64,000 bases of DNA from a virus (IMGVR_UViG_3300035698_022738:1-64000), one strand, 5' to 3'. Shown: positions 49,528 to 58,570, numbered from the stretch's first letter. Translations and numbers: made by a program. Notes: generated by a model not told the origin, from the sequence alone.

Positions 49528-49921
49528 GTTTGTGGGTAAGGGCTCCCAGCCCAAACCCGCCACCTAGCAAGTAGTTAGGGGGTCAGTAGAATAGAATCTG
49601 GATGGGATCACTGGCAATGATGGGGGATGGTAGACGGCCTGAACCCTGAGCTCGGTCCAGATCGAGGGCAGGAAAGTCAGTAGACAGGATAGCCCTCATT
49701 GATGGCCCACCAAAAGCTTTTCTGGGCGATCTACACCACACCTTGGAACTGGCACGCAAGGGATGGTCACTGGTAAATTCCAACCTGACTGGTAAACACT
49801 CCGACGACAATGAGGGACCAGGGACCAAACTGGAAACGGGGTCAAGGCACACCACATCTAACCTCTGGATCGACTATGAAAAGAGAACTGCCAGGGTCAA
49901 GTTTCCCCCCTCACGGTATAC

Positions 49922-50033
49922 GACTTTTGTATCCGTGATTGCACTGATGAGTGACTAACGTCTCATCACAGCGACATCAAACGCAGGCTATCGCTGTACG
50001 CCTGAGTGCAATCACGGCTACAAAAGTCTTTTT
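49922..50033 (+). ncRNA. Candidate structured RNA (23-bp closing stem, two inner hairpins, possible pseudoknot)
   Basis: GACTTTTGTA-T-CCGTGATTGCACT pairs with AGTGCAATCACGG-C-TACAAAAGTC. Confidence 0.55.
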
Positions 50034-50052
50034 GATTCAAAGCATAGGGGGT

Positions 50053-50487
50053 ATGAAAATGAACATGGCTAACAGGTCTTATGAGTTGGTCAAAGCGGGT
50101 CTCGATAGTATTTCACACTACACTTCTGGTGATTACGCTGCGGTGACCATGTGGCAGGGGATGTCTCGGTTTGCGTTTGTCGATGACCTGATGCAAAAAA
50201 TGGGGTTGGATTGCTTTACCAATCACATTACGGTTTACGGGGAACGCTCGTGGATCGTAGAGTTATACAGCATCCTGGACAGGGAAAAACGCCTTGATGC
50301 CTCAGTGTATCTCAGTTTGGACGTGGGCACAGCTGATGTCAATTCTAAGGTCTGTGTCTCAATAATGATGTCGGACGATGGTTTTGGTCGTTTCATCTAT
50401 CGAGCCAAGGTAACTCAGAAGCAACTGGAAGCTGAGATTGCTGTCATCAAAGAGGCAGCCATTCGATTTGAAATGGGGGAAAAATGA
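50053..50487 (+). CDS. Hypothetical protein (first gene of the early operon)
   Basis: AGCATAGGGGG leader, then ATG. Confidence 0.65.
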   Translation: MKMNMANRSYELVKAGLDSISHYTSGDYAAVTMWQGMSRFAFVDDLMQKMGLDCFTNHITVYGERSWIVELYSILDREKRLDASVYLSLDVGTADVNSKVCVSIMMSDDGFGRFIYRAKVTQKQLEAEIAVIKEAAIRFEMGEK

Positions 50488-52085
50488 GCTGGGAAAAAGA
50501 GGACCTGATCCAGACCCGTTACGGCTGGTATCGGCTTGATACCAGTCACAAAACAAATGTTCATGAGGACTACCTCAGCACGGAGCTTTTCTGGAACGAG
50601 TGGGCGGCATTGAGAGAGTGCATCCAGAACGCTCTCGATGAGGCAGATATTATGTCTCAGTTGCAGGGTGGGGAAATCCACGATTACATTAGCATCAAAC
50701 GTCGTGGGGAACGAGTTATCCTGGCTGATCGTGGTCGGGGTGTTGACGTTGAGAGTATCCTCTTAATTGGCAAGTCCGGAAAACGTGGGGCTGGCCTTCG
50801 AGGGGATAAGGGTGAGGGTCAGTTGATGTCTTTTCTGGTGTTCACTCGTCTTGGGATTGACATTGAAATGTTTTCACGAGACTGGCTGGCCCGTCCTCGT
50901 TTCGAGAATTTCAACGGTAGCGATGCCAACACCAATAAGGTGTTGGTTGTGGACTTTTACCGATGCACTGATACCGACAGCCAAAAGGCTCTCAAAGAGG
51001 GTTCGGTCTGGCATATCGAGCGGACATCAGAAATTGATGAGATGGTAGCAACCATCGGGGATTATTTCCCTGAAATCTCACCAGCTGCCAAACGACAGGC
51101 CAAACGTCGGAAAGAGCAAGAGCAAGAGGAACGCTGGCGGGAACAGGATGCTCATAGCAGAAAACAACAAAGTCGAGAGCGGAATGAAATCCGTCGGAAA
51201 TCAACGACGGTCAACAAGCCAGTGTTCCGGCCTCGAAAAGGAACTCCCGCTCGGTTGTACTTGAGAGGGATTTACGTCAAGGACCTGACCGACAGCCAAA
51301 AGGCTCTCTGGTCTTACAACCTTGTGGATGCCTCGATTGACAGGGACCGCAAGATGGTCAACGAGCTTGAGTTGCTCGATGACATAGCCGAGAAAATGGG
51401 GTCTGAGTACGTGACTCCTTCGATGGCTCGGGAGTATTGGGAGCACGCCAAAGCTCAGGACAGGGCGTTGTATCTTGAGTTCAGAGTGGTCCCCCGACCT
51501 CAGAACGACGAAGTGTTTGAAATGTGGGCCAAGGCGTTCTGGAAAGTCTTTGGCCCGAAGACTTGTATCTACACCAACAGCTATGCCGCTGGTGACGCTG
51601 CGCGTGAGGGGTGGAACGTGATACCCCTTGACAATATTCAGTTGCGGTTTGCTCTTGACTCGTTGGGGGTCAAGACTGATAAGCAAGCCGCTGGTTTCAC
51701 CTCTGGCGACTTCAAGCTGGTTGACAAGGTGACACAGCGGGAAACCGATATGATAACCAAGACCTTGGAGATTTTCGATCTGCTGGGTCTCGCTCAGAGC
51801 TTCTCTCGGTTCCATGTTGTTGGAACCATACTTGGTGATGAGGAGACAGAGGCCTTTGCTTATGCGGGTGAGATATACGTCACTCGTAAGGCCTTCAAGC
51901 GAGGGGGCTTGCATGTCTTGGAGTGTGCCCTGCACGAAAAGGGGCATATTGAAACTCTGACGCAGGACTTTACGCGGGGATTTACTCACTGGTTCCTGCA
52001 CAACTGGGTGCAGGCGTTACGTGGAACCGATCTCAATCGTCAAGTTGAGATCGCTCAGAAAATTGCAGAACTAGAATCAATCTAA
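50484..52085 (+). CDS. GHKL (Hsp90/MORC-like) ATPase fused to a C-terminal HExxH metallopeptidase-like domain
   Basis: ALRECIQNALD (N-box), DRGRG (G1), GDKGEG (G2); ALHEKGH near the C-terminus. Confidence 0.75.
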   Translation: MSWEKEDLIQTRYGWYRLDTSHKTNVHEDYLSTELFWNEWAALRECIQNALDEADIMSQLQGGEIHDYISIKRRGERVILADRGRGVDVESILLIGKSGKRGAGLRGDKGEGQLMSFLVFTRLGIDIEMFSRDWLARPRFENFNGSDANTNKVLVVDFYRCTDTDSQKALKEGSVWHIERTSEIDEMVATIGDYFPEISPAAKRQAKRRKEQEQEERWREQDAHSRKQQSRERNEIRRKSTTVNKPVFRPRKGTPARLYLRGIYVKDLTDSQKALWSYNLVDASIDRDRKMVNELELLDDIAEKMGSEYVTPSMAREYWEHAKAQDRALYLEFRVVPRPQNDEVFEMWAKAFWKVFGPKTCIYTNSYAAGDAAREGWNVIPLDNIQLRFALDSLGVKTDKQAAGFTSGDFKLVDKVTQRETDMITKTLEIFDLLGLAQSFSRFHVVGTILGDEETEAFAYAGEIYVTRKAFKRGGLHVLECALHEKGHIETLTQDFTRGFTHWFLHNWVQALRGTDLNRQVEIAQKIAELESI

Positions 52086-52096
52086 AGGAGATTTCA

Positions 52097-52336
52097 ATGC
52101 CACGGATCGTAAGAAATTTTTTCATCTCTGGTGAGGTGGATGGACGCAAGACAGCGATTTCGGTCGGACCCGCCTCGAAAGAGGGGGGGTTTGATGTGCA
52201 GTTCCTCATTCGGAGTGCGGGTGAGGTAGCTCAGTCGGTGAGGGTTATCGGTGAGGCCTTCGAGGGGGGTGATCTCAAGCTCACTGTTCTCGATGAGAAC
52301 GGAAATGACATTCATGTACACCGGACTGTCCGGTAA
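52097..52336 (+). CDS. Hypothetical protein
   Basis: AAGGAG RBS. Confidence 0.7.
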   Translation: MPRIVRNFFISGEVDGRKTAISVGPASKEGGFDVQFLIRSAGEVAQSVRVIGEAFEGGDLKLTVLDENGNDIHVHRTVR

Positions 52337-52416
52337 CGTCGTTTGGGCGACGTAAAATAGCCGTCAAGCCCAAAGCGTAGAGAGCTCCGAGTTGGAAGTT
52401 GGAGCTCTCTGGTCGG
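52337..52416 (+). ncRNA. Pistol self-cleaving ribozyme
   Basis: P1 CGUCG/CGACG; pseudoknot UUUGGG/CCCAAA; AAAUAG; P2 CCG/CGG; GCGU; P3 AGAGAGCUCC/GGAGCUCUCU; GG^U site at 52412/52413. Confidence 0.88.
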
Positions 52417-52448
52417 GGATAAGCCCGAGCATAGGATGGGAGTGAAAA

Positions 52449-52754
52449 ATGAATGAATTTCTGGAACGTCACATTGTAGTATGTCCGATGGAAAGACCGA
52501 CATTTGTGGTACGTTGTCCCCTCTGTGGTTTCGAGACAGAGGTCGATGACCATCTGTCGGAGCACATCCTCGAAAAGCATGAGCTTGAAGCTCGTGATGG
52601 GACAGTTGATCTCAGCTCTCTGAGTGAGGATGTCAGAGAGAACATCAAAGAGACCCTGGCTGATTGGGATTTGGATGCGTCTCTCTGCGAGGAAAGTACA
52701 CAAGAATATGATGATTGGTGTCAGGGGATGGCGGAAAAGGAGTGCAAGAAATGA
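52449..52754 (+). CDS. Hypothetical protein with a CxxC..H..H Zn-finger-like motif
   Basis: CPLC...HILEKH; GGGAG RBS. Confidence 0.65.
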   Translation: MNEFLERHIVVCPMERPTFVVRCPLCGFETEVDDHLSEHILEKHELEARDGTVDLSSLSEDVRENIKETLADWDLDASLCEESTQEYDDWCQGMAEKECKK

Positions 52755-53038
52755 GCAAAGACATATATGAACTTGTTTTAACGGACTGTAATTTCGAGCG
52801 GCTGATAGATGCCTATGAGGCGTTTTGTACATTGTTCTTGGTACAGCCTGAAGTGTATGTACGAGGGGTTTTCAAGAACAACGAGGGCGGAGAAATAGTT
52901 GCTCTTTCGTCGGATATCAAGGTCTTGAATGTGAATCCTTTGGTTGGACTTGTGAACAATGGGAACCTTGAACTTGTTCCAAGTAGCCAATGTGAGTGGT
53001 CTATGTATCTCAATCGAAAGAGAGGGTTACAAAAATGA
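52751..53038 (+). CDS. Hypothetical protein
   Basis: AAGGAG RBS, ATGA overlap. Confidence 0.6.
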   Translation: MSKDIYELVLTDCNFERLIDAYEAFCTLFLVQPEVYVRGVFKNNEGGEIVALSSDIKVLNVNPLVGLVNNGNLELVPSSQCEWSMYLNRKRGLQK

Positions 53039-53313
53039 AATATAAGTGGCTGGCAGAGGCAGGTATCGCTGGGTGCCTGCCTGGGTTTACTTCCATCTGT
53101 GATACCAAGGCAGATGCTATTCAGACTGTTACAGACCTTTTCGACCTTTCACGTTATGGACGTGTTGCCAAGGACCTGTCACAGGCTGGTGATACCGTTT
53201 CGGATCGTGATGAGTCGGAACATGATCTGATGCGTTTTCAGGTTTACAAGGTAGTCCCGGCTGACCTGAATGTGGAGAGCTGGGATGAATTGGAGTTCAA
53301 TGATGATCTCTAA
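53035..53313 (+). CDS. Hypothetical protein
   Basis: ATGA overlap start. Confidence 0.6.
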   Translation: MKYKWLAEAGIAGCLPGFTSICDTKADAIQTVTDLFDLSRYGRVAKDLSQAGDTVSDRDESEHDLMRFQVYKVVPADLNVESWDELEFNDDL

Positions 53314-53701
53314 TCGGATAGACAGGGCGCGGAAAGCTGTCGAGTTTTGCCACGTTGGTACTGAGCGGAAAGGGATCATCCAGACTGTGTTTGTCCCAGG
53401 TCACGAGGGTCGGAAATATCGAGTGATCCTCAAGCGCGGAAAGGGATTGGTCACTCTGGAATGTCAGCGGATGTTGCCCTATGACACGTCTGTCCTATGT
53501 CCAGGGGGCTGTAAGACGGTTTGTTACCATTGTATGGCAGCTCTCATCTTTACGGCTCACCAGGCTGGATTTGATACCTCGTTCTGTGAGTCGAAAGAGG
53601 ATGCTCTCAGGCTCAAGAATTTGCACGAGGGTGCGCTGATGATGCGAGTGGTGAGCAAGCATGCACCATCAAACGGATGTTTTGCTGTATTCGGCAAATA
53701 G
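53300..53701 (+). CDS. SWIM-type Zn-finger-like protein
   Basis: Y.V...C...CP...CYH..AAL. Confidence 0.55.
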   Translation: MMISNRIDRARKAVEFCHVGTERKGIIQTVFVPGHEGRKYRVILKRGKGLVTLECQRMLPYDTSVLCPGGCKTVCYHCMAALIFTAHQAGFDTSFCESKEDALRLKNLHEGALMMRVVSKHAPSNGCFAVFGK

Positions 53702-53865
53702 GGTAGTTCCGGCGACTTTGGAAGTCACGTCCAGGGGACAATACCTCATTGACGCTATGAAGCCTAACTAGCAGACGTGGATATGGGGCTGGCATAGAAT
53801 GGTCGTAAGGAGTCCGGCTAGTGTACAGCCGTCGCCGTCAATCAATTCAAGCATGGGAGATTAAA

Positions 53866-54570
53866 ATGGAAAAATTGTTTCCGACATGGGATGAAAAGCC
53901 AACAGATTCTGGGCGTATGATTGCTTATGTTTCCGGACATTTCCGGTACTGGACTGGGAACTCGTGGAACCAATCCACGAGCTACGCGCATAACGTCAAG
54001 ATTCCGAGGCTGGGTCTTGACAGTGAGACACGGGACAAGTGCTATGCTGCACTGGATATTCCACAGGCTTTTGATGAGGTAAATGAAATTCTTGAAGACT
54101 TCGCTGTCCGGCACAACTACGCCTGGAAGATTTCGTTTAATGACCGCTCTGGGGGCTACCTTGTACTCTATCAGGGTGGGGTGAAAGACAACAAGTCATT
54201 TGTCTATCCAGTTCGAGGAGTGGGAGAGATGGACTGGGTGGACGGTGATTTTCTGACGGACTTGGTTGATGTGATATGGGATTTCGATGAGACTTGTCAG
54301 AGGGCTGTCGAAGTCTTTGTCGAATTTGCAGTGTCACATACCGTAGTGGAAGAAGAGATTATGGTTTCCAAAACAGTCCTTGTGGCAATCTCAAATGAGG
54401 ATGCAAACCGCAGGGAGTCCAACAGGCTTTGGGAGTCGGCCTGTCAGTTCGATGGGTACGATCCGGATGAAAAGTTTGTATGCTTTTCGGATGAAAATCC
54501 GTTCACCTCTGAGTACAACGCACGTATGATCGAGCGTCTGGAATACAGTCGGCAAGGCGACGTTAAATAG
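53866..54570 (+). CDS. Hypothetical protein
   Basis: AAGCATGGGAG leader, then ATG at 53866. Confidence 0.7.
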   Translation: MEKLFPTWDEKPTDSGRMIAYVSGHFRYWTGNSWNQSTSYAHNVKIPRLGLDSETRDKCYAALDIPQAFDEVNEILEDFAVRHNYAWKISFNDRSGGYLVLYQGGVKDNKSFVYPVRGVGEMDWVDGDFLTDLVDVIWDFDETCQRAVEVFVEFAVSHTVVEEEIMVSKTVLVAISNEDANRRESNRLWESACQFDGYDPDEKFVCFSDENPFTSEYNARMIERLEYSRQGDVK

Positions 54571-54615
54571 CCATCAGGCCTTGCGCGTCAGGCCCCCTCT
54601 CGGGGCCTGGGTTGG
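54547..54615 (+). ncRNA. Pistol self-cleaving ribozyme
   Basis: P1 GUCG/CGAC; pseudoknot GCAAGG/CCUUGC; UUAAAUAG; P2 CCA/UGG; GCGU; P3 CAGGCCCC/GGGGCCUG; GG^U at 54611/54612; covaries with copy 1. Confidence 0.88.
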
Positions 54616-54642
54616 AACACAAATCAAGCATGGGAGACTAAA

Positions 54643-55164
54643 ATGGCAAATGTGTTGATTTTCACAAAGGAAGAATTTGAGGCTGCTTTGCCTTGTCACA
54701 AAGATACAAGCAAGCAGCTATGGACTTATGAGGGGATCGAGAACAATGAGCACTGCTATTCGATAAACATTCCGGGGGGGAAACCTCATCGGGTGTTTAT
54801 CCGGTCCTCTGTGGGTCTTTCAGGTTTGTCAGCTACGTGTGGAGAGGATAGCATTCGTATCTGGCTCGAAGAGAAACGGCCTATCGGTATCGGGAATCGA
54901 GAGGCCTGGGCCGGTGTTAAGAAAAAACAACGCTGGGTGACACGAGTCACAGGCTGGCAAGAGCGTGTTGTGAATGTTTGTCGGGAGACATACCGGCTTG
55001 GAGTCAACAAAGTGAATCTGGAAAGTGCAGCTCCACTTTGTCCGAAGTGTCAAACAGAGATGCGGATCAGGTTCCGCAAATCTGATGACAATCCCTTTTG
55101 GGGATGCCCTGGGTTCCCAGCTTGCAGGGGGACCGCAAATGTTAAAGTTTCAGCGGGTCTTTGA
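54643..55164 (+). CDS. Hypothetical protein with a C-terminal topoisomerase C4 Zn ribbon
   Basis: CPKC..M..R....FWGCPGFPACRGT. Confidence 0.75.
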   Translation: MANVLIFTKEEFEAALPCHKDTSKQLWTYEGIENNEHCYSINIPGGKPHRVFIRSSVGLSGLSATCGEDSIRIWLEEKRPIGIGNREAWAGVKKKQRWVTRVTGWQERVVNVCRETYRLGVNKVNLESAAPLCPKCQTEMRIRFRKSDDNPFWGCPGFPACRGTANVKVSAGL

Positions 55165-55171
55165 GTTGTCC

Positions 55172-55200
55172 TTGATGGATTTTGCGGGTTGTGGTACAAT
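55172..55200 (+). promoter_or_regulatory. sigma70-type promoter
   Basis: TTGATG-17 nt-TACAAT with extended TG, intergenic. Confidence 0.6.
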
Positions 55201-55247
55201 TGACCCTAGACTCAAGTAGAGTTAGCACAAGCATAGGAGAGTGTAAA

Positions 55248-56954
55248 ATGTCTAGTAAGACAATGGTATGCCCCGCTTGCGGAGCAGAGATGGTTCTGCG
55301 GAATGGCCGCCGTGGCAAATTCTTTGGCTGTTCCACATTCCCCAAATGTCGCAAGACCGTGGATGCGGCAAACGGAGCATCTGGGATATTCCCAGTCAAA
55401 AAAGAGGTGCCAGCTGTAATGCACCCCCCTACTCCTCAGCAAGAGGAAATCTTTCAGGCCATAGCCAGTGATGATTGCGACGATATTGTCATTGAGGCTG
55501 GCCCCGGTTCTGGAAAGACCTACACGATTGTCCAGTCCCTCCAAAAAACGGCTGGTCGTGGAAAGGTGGTCGTGGTTGCATTCAACAAGGCCATTCAGCT
55601 AGTCCTTAACCGACTAGCACCTGACCACGTTCTCACAAGCACGTTCCACAGCCTGGGGTTCTCAATTTGCCGCAACGCAGCAAGCGGTCAGATTTCTGTA
55701 GACCAGAACAAAAAATACGGGATTGCGAAGAATATTCTGTTCCCCAATGATGCCGACAAGGCAGCTAGGGGAGCTGTCGTGAAACTGGCGAGTATCTGTC
55801 AGAACACACTGGCTGACCCGACAGACCAGGCCCTGATGTACCACCTGATGGATGAATACGACATTGGGGATGTCTTGAAAGAAAAACACCAGCCAGCTAT
55901 GGTTGTCGATGCTGTCCCCACGTTGTTGGCTCACAGTGCAAGCTTGGAACTTTTAATCGACTTTGATGACATGATCTGGATGCCTGTCATCAAGGGTATG
56001 AAACCAACTGTGTTTGATTGGGTCAATGTCGATGAGGCGCAGGACTGCAATGCGTGCCAGATCGAGTTGATTAAGATGATCACTTCCCCCTATGGGCGGG
56101 TCAATGCAGTAGGGGATCGACACCAGTCGATCTATGGGTTCCGTGGGGCTGACTCGCACGCCATTCCCCGGCTCATATCTGAGTTGAACAACACCTCGGT
56201 GCTACCCCTGAATATTACTTTCAGGTGTCCAACATCTCACGTTGCTCTGATCCAGCAGCTGGTTCCAGAAATCACTGCTCGGGACGGAGCTCCGGAAGGA
56301 ATCATCAATGAGGGCGTGCGTTTGCACGAGATGTATGATCAGGCAAAGCCAGGGGACTTGATCCTGAGTCGGATCAATGCCCCTCTGGCTGGGGATTGCC
56401 TTGAATTTCTCCGCAGGGGGAAAAAGGCAGTCGTGATGGGTCGGGACATCGGCAAAAATCTTATCACCTTGATGGATCGGGTTGATACGGAAAAAACCGA
56501 TGACATGATCAAGGGCCTTGCTGATCACCTTGATGTGGAACGTACTCGGTTTGCTTTGGCTGGCAAAGAGCACAAGATAGCTGCTCTTGAGGACAAGGTG
56601 GAAACCATTTTCGTGCTGGCTGAGGGGACAAAGTTGGTCAGTGAAATCGTCCAGAAAATCAATGCGATATACAGCGACACTGCTGAGGGCATTGTGCTCT
56701 CGACAGTTCACCGGGCCAAGGGACTGGAAGCTGAGGATGGTTACATTCGTAAGCCGTCCCTCTTTCCTCACCCACGAGCTAAGAGTGAAAAAGACATCAT
56801 CCAGGAGCGCAACATTCTGTACGTTGCTCTTTCCCGGTTCAAAAAATCACTCTCATTTGTCGAAGGAAAATCACCCATTTCGATCTCATCAGAATTAGTG
56901 ACAACAGAGGCAGCTGATCCAGTAGCTGCCTCTGAGGCGCAGGGGCTGCTATGA
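55248..56954 (+). CDS. UvrD/Rep-like SF1 helicase with an N-terminal topoisomerase Zn ribbon
   Basis: CPAC..FFGCSTFPKC; AGPGSGKT, VDEAQD, GDRHQSIYGFRG, STVHRAKGLE, YVALSR. Confidence 0.92.
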   Translation: MSSKTMVCPACGAEMVLRNGRRGKFFGCSTFPKCRKTVDAANGASGIFPVKKEVPAVMHPPTPQQEEIFQAIASDDCDDIVIEAGPGSGKTYTIVQSLQKTAGRGKVVVVAFNKAIQLVLNRLAPDHVLTSTFHSLGFSICRNAASGQISVDQNKKYGIAKNILFPNDADKAARGAVVKLASICQNTLADPTDQALMYHLMDEYDIGDVLKEKHQPAMVVDAVPTLLAHSASLELLIDFDDMIWMPVIKGMKPTVFDWVNVDEAQDCNACQIELIKMITSPYGRVNAVGDRHQSIYGFRGADSHAIPRLISELNNTSVLPLNITFRCPTSHVALIQQLVPEITARDGAPEGIINEGVRLHEMYDQAKPGDLILSRINAPLAGDCLEFLRRGKKAVVMGRDIGKNLITLMDRVDTEKTDDMIKGLADHLDVERTRFALAGKEHKIAALEDKVETIFVLAEGTKLVSEIVQKINAIYSDTAEGIVLSTVHRAKGLEAEDGYIRKPSLFPHPRAKSEKDIIQERNILYVALSRFKKSLSFVEGKSPISISSELVTTEAADPVAASEAQGLL

Positions 56955-57592
56955 ATGAGTTGGGTGAAAGAGTTCATGGCGATCTCAAGAATCTGGTGCA
57001 CTGGATGGGGGCAAACAGCAAGATGTCCGGTTGGCGCATGCAGCCGGATGAGCTTGAGGGTGAGTGTTGGTTGGCTGTTGCACGCTGTCTTGATCGGTAT
57101 GGGAAGTCCATAGAATACCCAGAGCTGCTCAGGGCATGCCGACAGTCGATGAAATTTGCCGTGATAGACGCCTCACGTTTATCTGGGCGTGAGACTGAAA
57201 TGTACTTAGAAGACGCATTAGATACACAAGGGGAGGAAAGTTGGGATGAATCAATTCCAGACGATCTCATCTATACCCCTGAGTTACACCTTGAGGCAAT
57301 GGAACTGGTAACATCTCTGTCTGGTTCTCTTTCAGATACTGACAGAGATGTTCTGGACGCCATTTTGGGAAAGAATAAAAGGGTTCCTATCTATCTTGAC
57401 CTGTGGATCAAGCGGTCAAGAGCTGCATTTTCGGGTAGGTCTGTGTCGACGAATATCTACGTTATTTCAAGGGCATTGTGCCTGTCGGAGTGGACCATCC
57501 GGAGAAGTTTGAGGCGTATAAAAGCCTCGTCAGAGGCGCATAGGGGGAGAAGGAGAAATGGATCTGACAGACCATGTATCGAAGGAGTTTAA
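56951..57592 (+). CDS. Putative phage RNA polymerase sigma factor
   Basis: DELEGECWLAV..C..RY (region 2-like); LSDTDRDVL...ISRALCLSEWTIRRSLRRIK (region 4 HTH-like). Confidence 0.55.
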   Translation: MNELGERVHGDLKNLVHWMGANSKMSGWRMQPDELEGECWLAVARCLDRYGKSIEYPELLRACRQSMKFAVIDASRLSGRETEMYLEDALDTQGEESWDESIPDDLIYTPELHLEAMELVTSLSGSLSDTDRDVLDAILGKNKRVPIYLDLWIKRSRAAFSGRSVSTNIYVISRALCLSEWTIRRSLRRIKASSEAHRGRRRNGSDRPCIEGV

Positions 57593-58013
57593 TCACGGGG
57601 AGTTGGTCAAGGTAGCTGAAATGATGGGCCTGGCTCCCACCTCTAGGTGGGGAGAACGCAAGCTCGTTGATTCCATCTTTGCCAAATGCAAAAAGGATGG
57701 GGTTCCGGAGCTTTCCCTTCGGGATGACGATCAAAGGCTTTTCACTGATTTTCTGTTCGTTGCTGAGCTCATTGATGAGCCAGAGGATGCTAAGAAATCA
57801 AAGTCAGATGAGGATGCGTTTGACCAAGAGTCTAAGCCGGATTGCTTTATGTTTGCAGATGATAAAGACCCGGCCTGTGGTCGGTGCAAGGTCTATAAGT
57901 TTTGTGTCGATGCCCGGCTCAGGAACCTCCCAGATTGCTTTGGTCACAGGTTTGATTTGGAGACACCGGAATGTCAGCTGTGCATCTATGCACCTGACTG
58001 TAAGATGGCATAG
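57558..58013 (+). CDS. Cys-rich protein with two PDCF..CxxC..C repeats
   Basis: PDCFM..CGRC....C and PDCFG..CQLC....C. Confidence 0.65.
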   Translation: MDLTDHVSKEFNHGELVKVAEMMGLAPTSRWGERKLVDSIFAKCKKDGVPELSLRDDDQRLFTDFLFVAELIDEPEDAKKSKSDEDAFDQESKPDCFMFADDKDPACGRCKVYKFCVDARLRNLPDCFGHRFDLETPECQLCIYAPDCKMA

Positions 58014-58022
58014 GAGAGTAAA

Positions 58023-58517
58023 ATGATTAGAGAACTGAAGTACACTGTGAAGGCGTTTAGGTCCATCTTGTCGGGACCTTTGGGTTGGGTAGTTGCCACA
58101 GAGGATGAGTGGCGACCAGCTGAATTGATGGATTGGTCGTTTAGCTCGTGGTACATCTGTGCTGAGTACCAGAACGGGCGGCACATCCCGTTTCCTGTTC
58201 TGGACGGGGTAAGTGGTAGCTGGTTCCAGAGACGGGCCATTCGAGCAGCTGAGTGGTTGTCAGGAAATTCAGCTTTCCCAAGTGATCCCCCAGACACCTC
58301 AAACTCCGGCATGTGCGTTGTAAGTCCGGGAGCTTTGGGCCTTGAGTCCAGTATTTTGGCGGGTTTGGTAAGGGACACCATTGCTGAGGATTGTCATCAG
58401 CGTGATGCGGGTGTCCGTAGATACAGACATCCAAATATGCAGAGCTTGCATGAGAATACTAAGCTCGGAACAGAAGTCAAAGAGTCTCTGTACAGACATA
58501 TGTACGGCGGGAAGTGA
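58023..58517 (+). CDS. Hypothetical protein
   Basis: AGGAG RBS. Confidence 0.55.
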   Translation: MIRELKYTVKAFRSILSGPLGWVVATEDEWRPAELMDWSFSSWYICAEYQNGRHIPFPVLDGVSGSWFQRRAIRAAEWLSGNSAFPSDPPDTSNSGMCVVSPGALGLESSILAGLVRDTIAEDCHQRDAGVRRYRHPNMQSLHENTKLGTEVKESLYRHMYGGK

Positions 58518-58535
58518 GTTGACAGGCAGGACAAT

Positions 58536-58570
58536 GGCACACATCCTAAATCGGGTGTGTGCCTTTTTTT
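58536..58570 (+). terminator. Rho-independent terminator
   Basis: GGCACACATCC/GGGTGTGTGCC stem + T7. Confidence 0.88.

Noticed and set aside
49944-49970. CTGATGAG as a hammerhead ribozyme core
   Set aside because: There is no GAAA after a stem II, and the segment instead pairs with CTCATCA.
51201-52001. Long minus-strand ORFs (266 aa here; also 35710-36375 and 56202-56771)
   Set aside because: They lie antisense to well-supported + strand genes and have no motifs or RBS; the whole window is co-oriented on +.
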